DNA of 11,821 nucleotides. Source: Nitrospinales bacterium. Its GTDB lineage: Bacteria; Nitrospinota; Nitrospinia; Nitrospinales; JAJDAT01. Below the pieces are notes generated by a model, which did not search any database, had not been told where the DNA came from, and worked only from the letters and a program-made list of their open reading frames with translations. The DNA lies in contig JBHHYO010000081.1 of NCBI GenBank assembly GCA_046757665.1, positions 1 to 11,821 of the forward strand, given 5' to 3'. Positions 1 to 7,935 of the stretch are shown here, in pieces. Made by a program: the position numbers and the translations under genes. Within the stretch, counting starts at the first letter, position 1, and each line of letters opens with the position of its first letter.

Positions 1-100
1 ATCAAGGGTAAATTTCAAAGAATTTTGATGCTCATATGGGAAATCTCGGGTTAAATAACTTATTCGGTAGTCCCCGCCGCTCGCCGCTTGGGCACCTTCG

Positions 101-182
101 CCCTTCGACAGGCTCAGGACGACAACCTGGCTGTCACGCTGAGCCCTTCGGCGGGCTCAGGATAGGCTCCGTCGAAGCGTGA
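101..182. repeat. Nested REP-like palindromic repeat cluster
   Basis: 19-nt imperfect direct repeat CCCTTCGACAGGCTCAGGA (101-119) / CCCTTCGGCGGGCTCAGGA (144-162). Perfect 8-bp stem CTGAGCCC (139-146) / GGGCTCAG (153-160). Inverted pairs CTTCGAC (103-109) / GTCGAAG (171-177) and TCACGCT (134-140) / AGCGTGA (176-182). Lies just past the 3' end of the minus-strand GT2 gene. Confidence 0.75.
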
Positions 183-201
183 AATAAAACAAAGTACCCA
201 T

Positions 202-1113
202 TCAAGATGTTTCTCCCGCCGGGTTAAGCGGTGCGATGCGTTTTTTTCTCCATCCATGCCGGACTCCCCTTGCCACGGCCGCCGCCAGATCGATTCGACC
301 CATGCAGGTGAATTTAAGTACCGGATACGCCACGCGGCGGATCATGTACCACGGCAGGAACGCGGTAAAGAACCAGAACCCCGGAACAAACTTCCACGCA
401 CATAACAGGCGATGCGCCGTGGTTTGAAAAAGCCGCGTCACCGTTTCATTATGAAATGAATACGAGGTGACGTGAAGGCACCTGGCGTCGGGCGCCAACC
501 GTATAGCCCAGCCCCTGTCCCGCATACGCAAACAATAATCGATATCCTCGAATCCGTAAGGATCGAACCGCAGGTCCATCAAACCGGTGTCCTGAAGCGC
601 GCGCTTGCGTATCAGGCCCATGGTTCCCGTGGCAAAATCGAGGGAGCGCGCTGTCGGGTTTGGGGTATGAAACAGTATCGGTTGACCCAGATGACGGTAA
701 TAGACTCCCCCGGCGGACAAGACGCCTCCCCGGTTATCGAGGATCACCGGCGCCGCCAGCCCCAGGCGCGGGTCCTCCTCCATCACGGCCAGCAAGCGCT
801 GGAAACAGCCCGGTTGCAAAACGACATCATCATCGAGTTGAAGCACGTAGTCGAAATCCAGCGTCAGTAAATGCTTCAAGCCCTCGGTGCGGTGCGTGGC
901 AATGCCCAAATCGGATTCTACTTGCAGATGGATCAGGTCGAGCTTCATTTTCCGAATCGTGTCCGGCAAGGCCGAGCGGGGTCCGCCGTCCACCAGCAGG
1001 ACCCGTTTTTCAGGGATGTTCAGTTCCTGGATGGATTGCAACGACTCAATCAGGGATTCTCGCTGACCGGAAGTGAGGATGGAAAAAATGATTTTCGGAC
1101 TTCCCTCGCTCAT
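202..1113 (-). CDS. Glycosyltransferase family 2 (GT-A fold, WbbL/rhamnosyltransferase-like)
   Basis: ORF 202..1179 contains LLVDGG, a DXD-type motif YVLQLDDDVV, LAAPVI, GLMDLRF and FEDIDYCLR, all typical of GT2. Start placed at the ATG at 1113 (MSEGSPKIIFSILT; 303 aa), because the longer ORF opens at a TTG inside the upstream hairpin element. Confidence 0.9.
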   Translation of the reverse strand: MSEGSPKIIFSILTSGQRESLIESLQSIQELNIPEKRVLLVDGGPRSALPDTIRKMKLDLIHLQVESDLGIATHRTEGLKHLLTLDFDYVLQLDDDVVLQPGCFQRLLAVMEEDPRLGLAAPVILDNRGGVLSAGGVYYRHLGQPILFHTPNPTARSLDFATGTMGLIRKRALQDTGLMDLRFDPYGFEDIDYCLRMRDRGWAIRLAPDARCLHVTSYSFHNETVTRLFQTTAHRLLCAWKFVPGFWFFTAFLPWYMIRRVAYPVLKFTCMGRIDLAAAVARGVRHGWRKKRIAPLNPAGETS

Positions 1114-1140
1114 AAGTGACAGCAAGAGTAATCGATCAAA

Positions 1141-1255
1141 TGGAAAGCTTCCCGTGGCAAGCCGCGGGGAATCTTCCAAATGCAGGGAGGTTTATTAGAT
1201 TCGCTCGCTGACCCCGTAGCCAAGCTTCGGGCGATGCGCTCGCTGTACATTTTCA
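1141..1255. mobile_element. Putative non-autonomous IS200/IS605-type (PATE-like) relic with two related hairpins
   Basis: Hairpin TTCCCGTGG-CAAG-CCGCGGGGA (1149-1170) and related hairpin CCCGTAGC-CAA-GCTTCGGG (1213-1231). The second is flanked by a CGCTCGCTG direct repeat (1202-1210, 1237-1245) and followed by TTCA (1252-1255). No transposase is present. The assignment rests on resemblance to IS200/IS605 subterminal hairpins. Confidence 0.45.
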
Positions 1256-1309
1256 TTTGGAAATTCCCGAACAAATGTTCCGAAGCGCTTATTATGCGCC
1301 TTCTTCTCA

Positions 1310-1348
1310 TGGTATTATGTCTTATTCTTTCGAGGAATGCACGGAGGA
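1310..1348 (+). promoter_or_regulatory. Candidate extended -10 promoter and ribosome-binding site for the + strand operon
   Basis: TG-G-TATTAT at 1310-1318 (TGn plus 5/6 match to TATAAT). GGAGGA at 1343-1348 lies 10 nt before the ATG at 1359. No convincing -35. Confidence 0.35.
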
Positions 1349-1358
1349 TTTCCGCACT

Positions 1359-2219
1359 ATGAACAGGCTTCATCAAATTCTTACCGGGGTCCGAGAGATA
1401 CGCAAAACCTGTTGGGATGTTGACGCGCAATCCCAAAGTTACAGAAACGATCCCGCCAACTGGGAGCCGATTTATTTCTCCCGAAAAATCTCCGTCTGGG
1501 TCACGTACTTTCTGAAAGACACAAGCGTCACTCCGAACCAAGTCACCGCGGCCTGGGTTATTATGGGGGGAGTGGGCGCATTACTGCTGGCGGTTCCCGC
1601 CTATTGGGTTCAATTGGCGGGGCTGTTTCTCTTCTGGACCGCCATGCTTCTTGACCACGTCGATGGCGAGCTGGCTCGAGTCAAGAAAATCTTCTCGCAG
1701 AACGGCGACCTTCTCGACATGCTGGGGCATCAGTTTCACTATCCCCTGGTCTTCGGCGCCCTGACCTTCGGCGTGGTTTTGCAAGGAGGCCATCCGGTCA
1801 TTATATTTTTCGGCATACTGGCGGCGGTTTTTACCACGCCGCTTGCCAAATTGAAAGAGAACATCCTGCTCCTGTCAACACTCCGCTTTCTTGGGCAGGC
1901 CATTCCTCCGGCCTCCCAGGAAAAAGACAAAGCCCCGCAACGGCCGAGTCTCAGAACCTTGCTGGGAACAATCCACACCCATGTGGTCATGCTTTACACT
2001 CTGATCCCGGCGGTCATATTTGAAAAAACGGGCCTCTATCTGGTTTTCTACGGAGCCACCATAATCCCCATACTGGTCATCAAATATTTCGCCCGCTCCC
2101 GCGAGCTGGAGGAAATCTTCCGTGATCCGAGCCTGCTGAGCGAACACCTGCGCCCCGAGTGGCTGGAATCAGAATCAGAACCCGCGCCACCTCCCGCGCC
2201 GGCAGAGGTCAGGGAATGA
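1359..2219 (+). CDS. CDP-alcohol phosphatidyltransferase-family membrane protein (variant motif)
   Basis: VTPNQVT motif followed by hydrophobic helices and DHVDGELARVKKIFSQNGDLLDMLGH (1653-1730). This matches DxxDGxxAR-x8-GxxxDxxxD except that the last Asp is His. Start at ATG 1359 behind GGAGGA (286 aa). Confidence 0.88.
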   Translation: MNRLHQILTGVREIRKTCWDVDAQSQSYRNDPANWEPIYFSRKISVWVTYFLKDTSVTPNQVTAAWVIMGGVGALLLAVPAYWVQLAGLFLFWTAMLLDHVDGELARVKKIFSQNGDLLDMLGHQFHYPLVFGALTFGVVLQGGHPVIIFFGILAAVFTTPLAKLKENILLLSTLRFLGQAIPPASQEKDKAPQRPSLRTLLGTIHTHVVMLYTLIPAVIFEKTGLYLVFYGATIIPILVIKYFARSRELEEIFRDPSLLSEHLRPEWLESESEPAPPPAPAEVRE

Positions 2220-4042
2220 AGCGCCGTTTTGCAGTCTTGATCATCGCTGGCTCCGGGAAAACTTCCGGGGCCGGAAAATTCTCCCGACGCCTTGCCGGGC
2301 TCCGACCGGGGAGCCGACTGCAAAACTATTGCGAATTTCTTTCCGGCTCGGGCATTCCATTTGAAACCGCGCGGGCAAGGGACCTTTCCCCGGAGCAAAT
2401 CGTGGATACCCATACGGTGCGCTTCTCGGCAATTTTTTTTGCCTGCCGGCCGCGTGAGATTCCGCGGGCCCTGCGGGAATGCCTGGCTGAATATTCCTCC
2501 CGGTTTGGCATTTCGCTGATCGCCGATGCTTTCCTGTTCACGGACTCAACTTTTCTGGCCCCTTTCGGCATCGAGCAATGCGGCGGTCTTCCAAAATTTT
2601 CGGGACGCATCCTGGATACGGAGGGCAACGTTCTCTATCGCGCCACCGCCTATCCCTACTCGTCCACGGGAGCCGATTTTGGGATACGGCCCGTTCTGCG
2701 AATGCTTCTCCAAAGCTGGTTCGCCAGACGGGTTGCGGTCATGCCCAGGACTCGGATCGAAGCCCGGCACGGCAACGGTCTTCCCGCTATTACGACCCAC
2801 TCTTTTGGAGAAGCCGGCAACCACTTTCTCAATTTCCATCCCGCGCTGGTGCTCAAGGACGGCAGTCCCATCCACGCTTTGCTACGCCGCCTCATCTTCT
2901 CCAATCCGCACGCGATCCCCGTTTCCTGGGCGTTGGAGGGAATCGGCGTCCTGCGTATGGACGATCCGGGGTCGGCGGAGCGCGTCCATTTGGAAGGATT
3001 CAACGAAGGCGTACTGTCGGCGGAAACATGGCAGGGAATCATTCACCAACTGCAAGAGGCGGAAGCCCACATGAGCGTGGCCGTGGTTCCCAACTGGGTG
3101 GACGACGGGGACGCCGGCAAGGGACAGCTCACGGTCGGTGGCCGCGTCGTGGAAAACCGGACCCCGGGGGCGCATTACCCCGCCTGGGAAGTGGAGTTTC
3201 GCCGCAAGGACCGGGCGGCTGTTTATGACTACGCCGGCTCTTTCCGCGCCATGCGGAAAGGTGTCGAGCAAGGCGCGCTGTCGATCCTGTCGCACGGGCT
3301 GACCCACATCACGCCCCGCCAGGACCAATGGCTCTCCGCCGAAGACCGGTTTACCAGCAACCGCTGGTACCGGGAGTTCTCCAGCGAAACCGGCGACGCG
3401 GTGGAACGGATGAAAGAAAGCGCCCGCCTCCTGGCCCAATATTTCGATACCACACCGGAGATACTGGTTCCTTCCGGACACGAGTTCACCGCGAAAACAC
3501 CGGCGCGGGCGGGTTCGGCGGGCTTCAAGGTCTTCTCCGCCAAGAGCACATTTTTAATCGCGCCGGAAAAAATTTTCGAGAACCGCAAAATACGCGCGGT
3601 TTATTCCAATGAATCCACGGAAAGCCTGCCGCTGGTCGAAGCGGGTTATCCCCTCATCATCGTTTTGCACGACTACGACCTTCTGCAAAACGGCCCCGAA
3701 CGGCTACAACGATTGATCCGGGAGTGGCGGCAACACGGCATCCATTCTTTCCTGCCCCTGGCGACTCTGGCCATGGCGCTGGCGGCGCGGCTGGAGGTGG
3801 TGCGCGAGGAAGATGGGTCGGTGCGCGTGGAGGTCGATTTCCGGTCCTGCCTTCGAGTCCCGGGGAAAGACCCCGTGTTGTGGTTGAGGATCGGCGGCAA
3901 GCCCTCTTCGGCGGAAGTGAACGGGACCTTGCGAGATGAAAATCTCAAATGGACAGACCCGGTCACCCTTTTCCCGATACAACCCGCCCAGGCTCCGGAT
4001 GGCCGGTTGCGCCTGGTTCTGCGTTTTGGGAAGAACGAATGA
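2216..4042 (+). CDS. Multidomain polysaccharide deacetylase-like protein (CE4/NodB superfamily, DUF2334-like)
   Basis: LRMDD (2951-2965), HGLTH (3293-3307), LVPSGH and IIVLHD (LHD 3665-3673) occur in the order of the CE4/NodB motifs. ATG 2216 overlaps the upstream TGA (ATGA); 608 aa, with extra N- and C-terminal domains. Confidence 0.75.
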   Translation: MKRRFAVLIIAGSGKTSGAGKFSRRLAGLRPGSRLQNYCEFLSGSGIPFETARARDLSPEQIVDTHTVRFSAIFFACRPREIPRALRECLAEYSSRFGISLIADAFLFTDSTFLAPFGIEQCGGLPKFSGRILDTEGNVLYRATAYPYSSTGADFGIRPVLRMLLQSWFARRVAVMPRTRIEARHGNGLPAITTHSFGEAGNHFLNFHPALVLKDGSPIHALLRRLIFSNPHAIPVSWALEGIGVLRMDDPGSAERVHLEGFNEGVLSAETWQGIIHQLQEAEAHMSVAVVPNWVDDGDAGKGQLTVGGRVVENRTPGAHYPAWEVEFRRKDRAAVYDYAGSFRAMRKGVEQGALSILSHGLTHITPRQDQWLSAEDRFTSNRWYREFSSETGDAVERMKESARLLAQYFDTTPEILVPSGHEFTAKTPARAGSAGFKVFSAKSTFLIAPEKIFENRKIRAVYSNESTESLPLVEAGYPLIIVLHDYDLLQNGPERLQRLIREWRQHGIHSFLPLATLAMALAARLEVVREEDGSVRVEVDFRSCLRVPGKDPVLWLRIGGKPSSAEVNGTLRDENLKWTDPVTLFPIQPAQAPDGRLRLVLRFGKNE

Positions 4043-5196
4043 ACGGTGATGCGCCTATCAATGTGCTCTTCGTCACCACCCAGGTGAGCCTGTTTGGCGG
4101 CATCGAGGAAACTCTGCGGATTCTTTGCGCGCATCTGGACCCAGGCCGTTTCCGGATCGGCCTGTGCGTCATCCAGACCCCGCCCCGGGAAGCCGCCGGC
4201 CGGTTCGAGAAACTCGGGGTGCGTCTCTTCCCGCTGGGACGGGAAGGATATTTTTTCGATCCGTTGACAACGCTTGCCGTGGCAAAAGTCATTCGACAGT
4301 TCAAGGCCGATATCGTTCACACCCACAACAACAAGGCGAACCTGCATGGCCGGCTGGCCGCGCGGTTTGTGGCAAAGGCGCGCATTGCCACAACCCACCA
4401 TGACCTGGACGATGCCCGCTTCGCTAAAACTCCGGCGGTGCGCACCGACAACCTGCCGGGCGGCTGGGTGAAACGAACGCTGTTCCCCTTTTTGAATATC
4501 GCGTTCAACCGGTTCAATCAAAAAATCATCGCCGTCTCCAACGCAGTCGCCAAGGTTTACGCTCTCGATGGCCGGGCGTCTCGTCTGGAAGTGGTCTATG
4601 CACCATTCGACGAAAATGTTTTTAACGGCGGAGCCACGCCCTTCCGCGACGACCGTCTGGTTCTTGGCAGTGTAGGCCGACTGGAATGGGAGAAAGGATT
4701 TCAAAACCTGCTCGCGGCTTTCCGGGGAATCGCTGACCGCCACGCCGCGGTTCGACTGGACCTGGTGGGCGAAGGCTCTTTGAGGCCGCAGTTGGAATCC
4801 GAGGCTGAGAAAGTCGGCCTCGCATCCCGCGTCCGGTTTCGCGGGGCGCTCCCGCATGACGCGGCAATTTATAAAGAGATGGACGTTTACATCCAGCCCG
4901 CCATTTCCGAAGGTTCGTCAATCACCATTCTGGAAGCCATGGGAATGGGAATCCCGGTGGTGGCCACGGACAGCGGCGGCCCCGCCGAACTGATCCTGCA
5001 TGGCGAAACCGGCCTCTTGACGCCGGCGGGAAATCCCGCCGCGCTCGAAGAGGCTGTTCTCCATCTTATCGAAAACCGGGAGGAGGCCATCCGCATGGGC
5101 CAGGCCGGACAGCGGCGGGCACACGACCTCTTCTCATCGCGGAGCTTCATCGAAAAGATGACCCGCATCTACCAGGAACTGGCGGGCCAACCATGA
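4039..5196 (+). CDS. Glycosyltransferase family 4 (GT-B fold)
   Basis: NVLFV...FGGIEE, ADIVHTHN, IIAVSNAV, VGRLEWEKG, the ExxxxxxxE motif EGSSITILE, and AMGMGIPVVATDSGG. ATG 4039 overlaps the upstream stop (ATGA); 385 aa. Confidence 0.95.
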   Translation: MNGDAPINVLFVTTQVSLFGGIEETLRILCAHLDPGRFRIGLCVIQTPPREAAGRFEKLGVRLFPLGREGYFFDPLTTLAVAKVIRQFKADIVHTHNNKANLHGRLAARFVAKARIATTHHDLDDARFAKTPAVRTDNLPGGWVKRTLFPFLNIAFNRFNQKIIAVSNAVAKVYALDGRASRLEVVYAPFDENVFNGGATPFRDDRLVLGSVGRLEWEKGFQNLLAAFRGIADRHAAVRLDLVGEGSLRPQLESEAEKVGLASRVRFRGALPHDAAIYKEMDVYIQPAISEGSSITILEAMGMGIPVVATDSGGPAELILHGETGLLTPAGNPAALEEAVLHLIENREEAIRMGQAGQRRAHDLFSSRSFIEKMTRIYQELAGQP

Positions 5197-6695
5197 GCAC
5201 CGGAAAAAATATCATTTCAGGACTGGCCTGGGGCCAGATCGGCATGTCGGGCAGAACGCTGATTACCTTTCTGATTTCCATCATTGTCGCGCGTGTTCTG
5301 GGAGTGGAAAACTATGGTCTGTACGCGGTCCTGATCAGCCTTGTGGAACTGATGATCAAAACCACCGACATGGGGATTTACGCCACGCTGACGACTTACA
5401 TTCCACGCCTGCTACATTCCAGCCACCCGGGGGAAGGCAGTTTTGTCGTTCGCCGAACGCTGTTGGGCCGGAATTTACTGCTTCTGGTCGTCGCCGCCGT
5501 TTTCGTCCGGTTCTCCTCCCCCTTCACCGTGTGGATGGGCGCGCCGGACATTGATCAATATTTAACGGTCACCGCTCTCCTGTTTCTGGTGCGCGGTTTC
5601 ATGGACGGATTCGTTTTCATCGTTATCGCCCGCGTGGAGATGAAATACTATTCGTCGGTGGAAATCGGCGTGTCCATTCTCCAACTGCTGGGCGTATTCT
5701 TTCTGGTGGCCACCGGCCTCGACGTCGGCAAGCTGGTGATGCTGATGGTCCTGGTGAACGGTACGCAGTGTCTTTTTTACGGTATTCGCTCCCTGCCTCT
5801 CCTGAAACCCAAGCCGATAGCCACCCCCATGGCGAAGATTTGGAAATTTGGTTTGACCACCTGGTTCGGAAACATTCTTCAGTACTTCCGGTTCAAGAGC
5901 ATCGACGTGCTCATGCTGTTGTATTTTCTGCATGACAAGAAGGCGGTCGCCCATTACGAGATTGCCTACCTGCTGGTAGTTTATGGCGGGCGTTTTTTTG
6001 CAACCGCACTCGACCGATTGGCAATGACGCTTCTTTCCCAGGCACAGGCGCGGCACGGCCTGAAAGGCATGGGAGAGACCTGGACGTTTCTGACCAAACT
6101 GTCCATCGTCCTCACGGTACCCGTTTTTGTTTTCCTGATCGCCCATGCCTCGAGCATCATCGACGCGGTCTATTCCGAGGCGTTCGCCCCGGCGGCGCCC
6201 CTCATGGTACTCCTTTCGATCCTTTCCCTGGCCAGTGTCTGTCTGGCTCAGGGAACCTCTTACGAACTCCTTTTCCCGCTTGGCAAGGAAAAGGTTTTCG
6301 TCGTTCTGAGCGCTTTCAACGGTGTGCTTAACATTGGCTCTGCATTTATACTCATCCCTCTGATCGGCGCTCCCGGCGTTGTCATCGCCACGGGGGGATC
6401 GGCCCTGGTCACGGACATGATTGCCTTGGCCGTGGCCTTGAAGGCATTGCAAATCCGCTTTCCCCGCGGCTTCGTGTTGCAGATACTGCTCATCACCGCC
6501 GCCGCCGTTTCCTGGACTTTACTGTTGGGCAAGATGACCCTCCTGAAACTGATTGCCGCCGCCCTGCTGTATGGCGTCATGGTGATCGGACTGACATTGC
6601 GCTTTCACCGCTTCAGCCATTACGAAAAGGCAACCCTGCGGGGATTCCGTCCACAAGTTTTCGACCGGCTCGTGAAATACGGATTACTGCGATGA
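5193..6695 (+). CDS. wzx: Wzx-type oligosaccharide flippase (MOP/PST family)
   Basis: 500 aa, highly hydrophobic with many predicted TM segments. IIVARVLGVENYGLY at the N-terminus, IDVLML...VAHYEIA mid-protein and LIPLIGAPGVVIAT near the C-terminus are typical of PST flippases. ATGA overlap with the GT4 stop. Confidence 0.88.
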   Translation: MSTGKNIISGLAWGQIGMSGRTLITFLISIIVARVLGVENYGLYAVLISLVELMIKTTDMGIYATLTTYIPRLLHSSHPGEGSFVVRRTLLGRNLLLLVVAAVFVRFSSPFTVWMGAPDIDQYLTVTALLFLVRGFMDGFVFIVIARVEMKYYSSVEIGVSILQLLGVFFLVATGLDVGKLVMLMVLVNGTQCLFYGIRSLPLLKPKPIATPMAKIWKFGLTTWFGNILQYFRFKSIDVLMLLYFLHDKKAVAHYEIAYLLVVYGGRFFATALDRLAMTLLSQAQARHGLKGMGETWTFLTKLSIVLTVPVFVFLIAHASSIIDAVYSEAFAPAAPLMVLLSILSLASVCLAQGTSYELLFPLGKEKVFVVLSAFNGVLNIGSAFILIPLIGAPGVVIATGGSALVTDMIALAVALKALQIRFPRGFVLQILLITAAAVSWTLLLGKMTLLKLIAAALLYGVMVIGLTLRFHRFSHYEKATLRGFRPQVFDRLVKYGLLR

Positions 6696-6702
6696 AGGAG
6701 TC

Positions 6703-7866
6703 ATGATGTCTTTGAGCTACCAGATCATTCAAAACCCCGACGCATTCCAGAATCTCCGAGAGCGGTGGAACGCCCTGAACGCCGACAGCGCGTTTCCTTC
6801 CCTGTTCATGACCTGGGAATGGCAGTTTAGCTGGTGGCAGGCCTTTGGCGGGAACCCGTTCATCATCCTTATCCAGGATGAGGGCCGGGACGTTGCGATC
6901 CTGCCGTTCGTCGCCGAGGGGAAAACCCTGTTCACTCAATTGCACCCGATAGGGTCTCCCCATTCGGATTATCTCGACTTCCTGATCCGCAAGGGCGAGG
7001 AAAGCCGAGTGGCGGATTATTTTTTCCGGTCGGTTCTGCTGGAAAACCGGCGGATAGGCATCGTCGTAATCGACGCGGTCAACGAGCGGTCGCCTCTGGC
7101 GCAATGGTTCGAGGACGGCAATCCGCCCGGCTTCTGGAAGGTTTTCAGGGAGAAGCGGATCTGCCCCTACCTCTCGCTACCCGGCTCGTTTGACGCCTGT
7201 CTGGAAAACCTGACGCCGAAAACGCGCTATTTCATCCGCAGAAAAATACGCAAGGTTGAAAAAGATTTCGCCGTTACGGTCGGCATTGTTCAGGAGCGCG
7301 CCGAACTGGACGAGCGGATGGAGGAATTTTTCAAACAGCATCAAGCCCGATGGACGGCGCGCGGCCGGCCCGGCGCTTTCGACGATGACGCCTTCCGAAA
7401 TTTCCACCGGCTGGCGGCGGCGCGCCTGTTTGACACCGGACACCTGAAACTGTTCTACCTGGAGCTGGACGGAAAACCGGCGGCCAGTTATTACCTGTTC
7501 CAATACCAGGGCGCCCTCTTGTTTTACCTCACCGGGTTTGATCCGGCCTTTGCCCGGTACAGCCCGGGAGCGGTCCTTCTCACGCGGGCCATTCAGTATG
7601 CCATCGAGGCTCACTGCCGCGAGTTCGACTTTATGCGCGGAATAACTCCCTACAAGTTCAAATGGGGAAACAACACGCGCACCAACCACTCATTCTGGCT
7701 GGTCCGGATACGCCCATCGACTATCGTCTATTTTCTGGAACAGTGGGTCCTGCACCGTGCGGGGGCCTTTATCAAAAGGAACCTTTCCCCCCGAGGCAAA
7801 AGGCTTATCCGCAACGCTCTGCCCGAATGGGTGATCCGGACTTTTGACCGGTTTTTCCAGGAGTGA
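6703..7866 (+). CDS. GNAT-family acyltransferase (CelD/BcsL / Acetyltransf_6-like)
   Basis: LFMTWEWQFSWW, SDYLDFL, CPYLSLPGSFD, HQARW, FHRLAA, YLTGFDPAFARYSPGAVLL and FDFMRG...YKFKW are characteristic of this tandem-GNAT family. AGGAG at 6696-6700; the true start may be the second ATG (6706). Confidence 0.88.
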   Translation: MMSLSYQIIQNPDAFQNLRERWNALNADSAFPSLFMTWEWQFSWWQAFGGNPFIILIQDEGRDVAILPFVAEGKTLFTQLHPIGSPHSDYLDFLIRKGEESRVADYFFRSVLLENRRIGIVVIDAVNERSPLAQWFEDGNPPGFWKVFREKRICPYLSLPGSFDACLENLTPKTRYFIRRKIRKVEKDFAVTVGIVQERAELDERMEEFFKQHQARWTARGRPGAFDDDAFRNFHRLAAARLFDTGHLKLFYLELDGKPAASYYLFQYQGALLFYLTGFDPAFARYSPGAVLLTRAIQYAIEAHCREFDFMRGITPYKFKWGNNTRTNHSFWLVRIRPSTIVYFLEQWVLHRAGAFIKRNLSPRGKRLIRNALPEWVIRTFDRFFQE

Positions 7867-7906
7867 CCAGGGGGCGTTTGGCGGGTTGCCGGGAAAGTCT
7901 CAAAAA

Positions 7907-7935
7907 TGTCATTCCGAGCGAAGCGAAGAGTCTCT
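7907..7935. repeat. Single REP-like unit overlapping the 3' end of the methyltransferase gene
   Basis: TGTCATTCCGAGCGAAGCGAAGAGTCTCT shares the TGTCA-N4-GAGC...CGAAG framework with the unit at 132-177. It lies at the junction of two convergent genes. Confidence 0.6.

Noticed and set aside
1..54. Possible 3' end of an upstream + strand gene (IKGKFQRILMLIWEISG-stop)
   Set aside because: Only 17 codons are visible with no motif; it cannot be supported from this window.
101..182. CRISPR array or tRNA interpretation of the palindromic cluster
   Set aside because: Only two imperfect 19-nt copies, no regular repeat-spacer series, no cas genes and no tRNA cloverleaf signatures.
2166..2210. GAATCA tandem repeat and Pro-rich tail at the CDP-AP C-terminus
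   Set aside because: Only 2.5 copies, encoding a low-complexity ESESEPAPPPAP tail; unremarkable.
2228..2284. Walker A-like strings IIAGSGKT and SGAGKF at the deacetylase N-terminus
   Set aside because: Neither fits GxxxxGK[S/T]: the first lacks the leading Gly and the second lacks Ser/Thr. No Walker B or NTPase context is evident.
3673..4857. 394-aa minus-strand ORF (also the 296-aa ORF 5562..6452 and other overlapping ORFs in the track)
   Set aside because: They lie antisense or out of frame to well-supported genes, have no recognisable motifs, and are expected shadow ORFs in GC-rich coding DNA.
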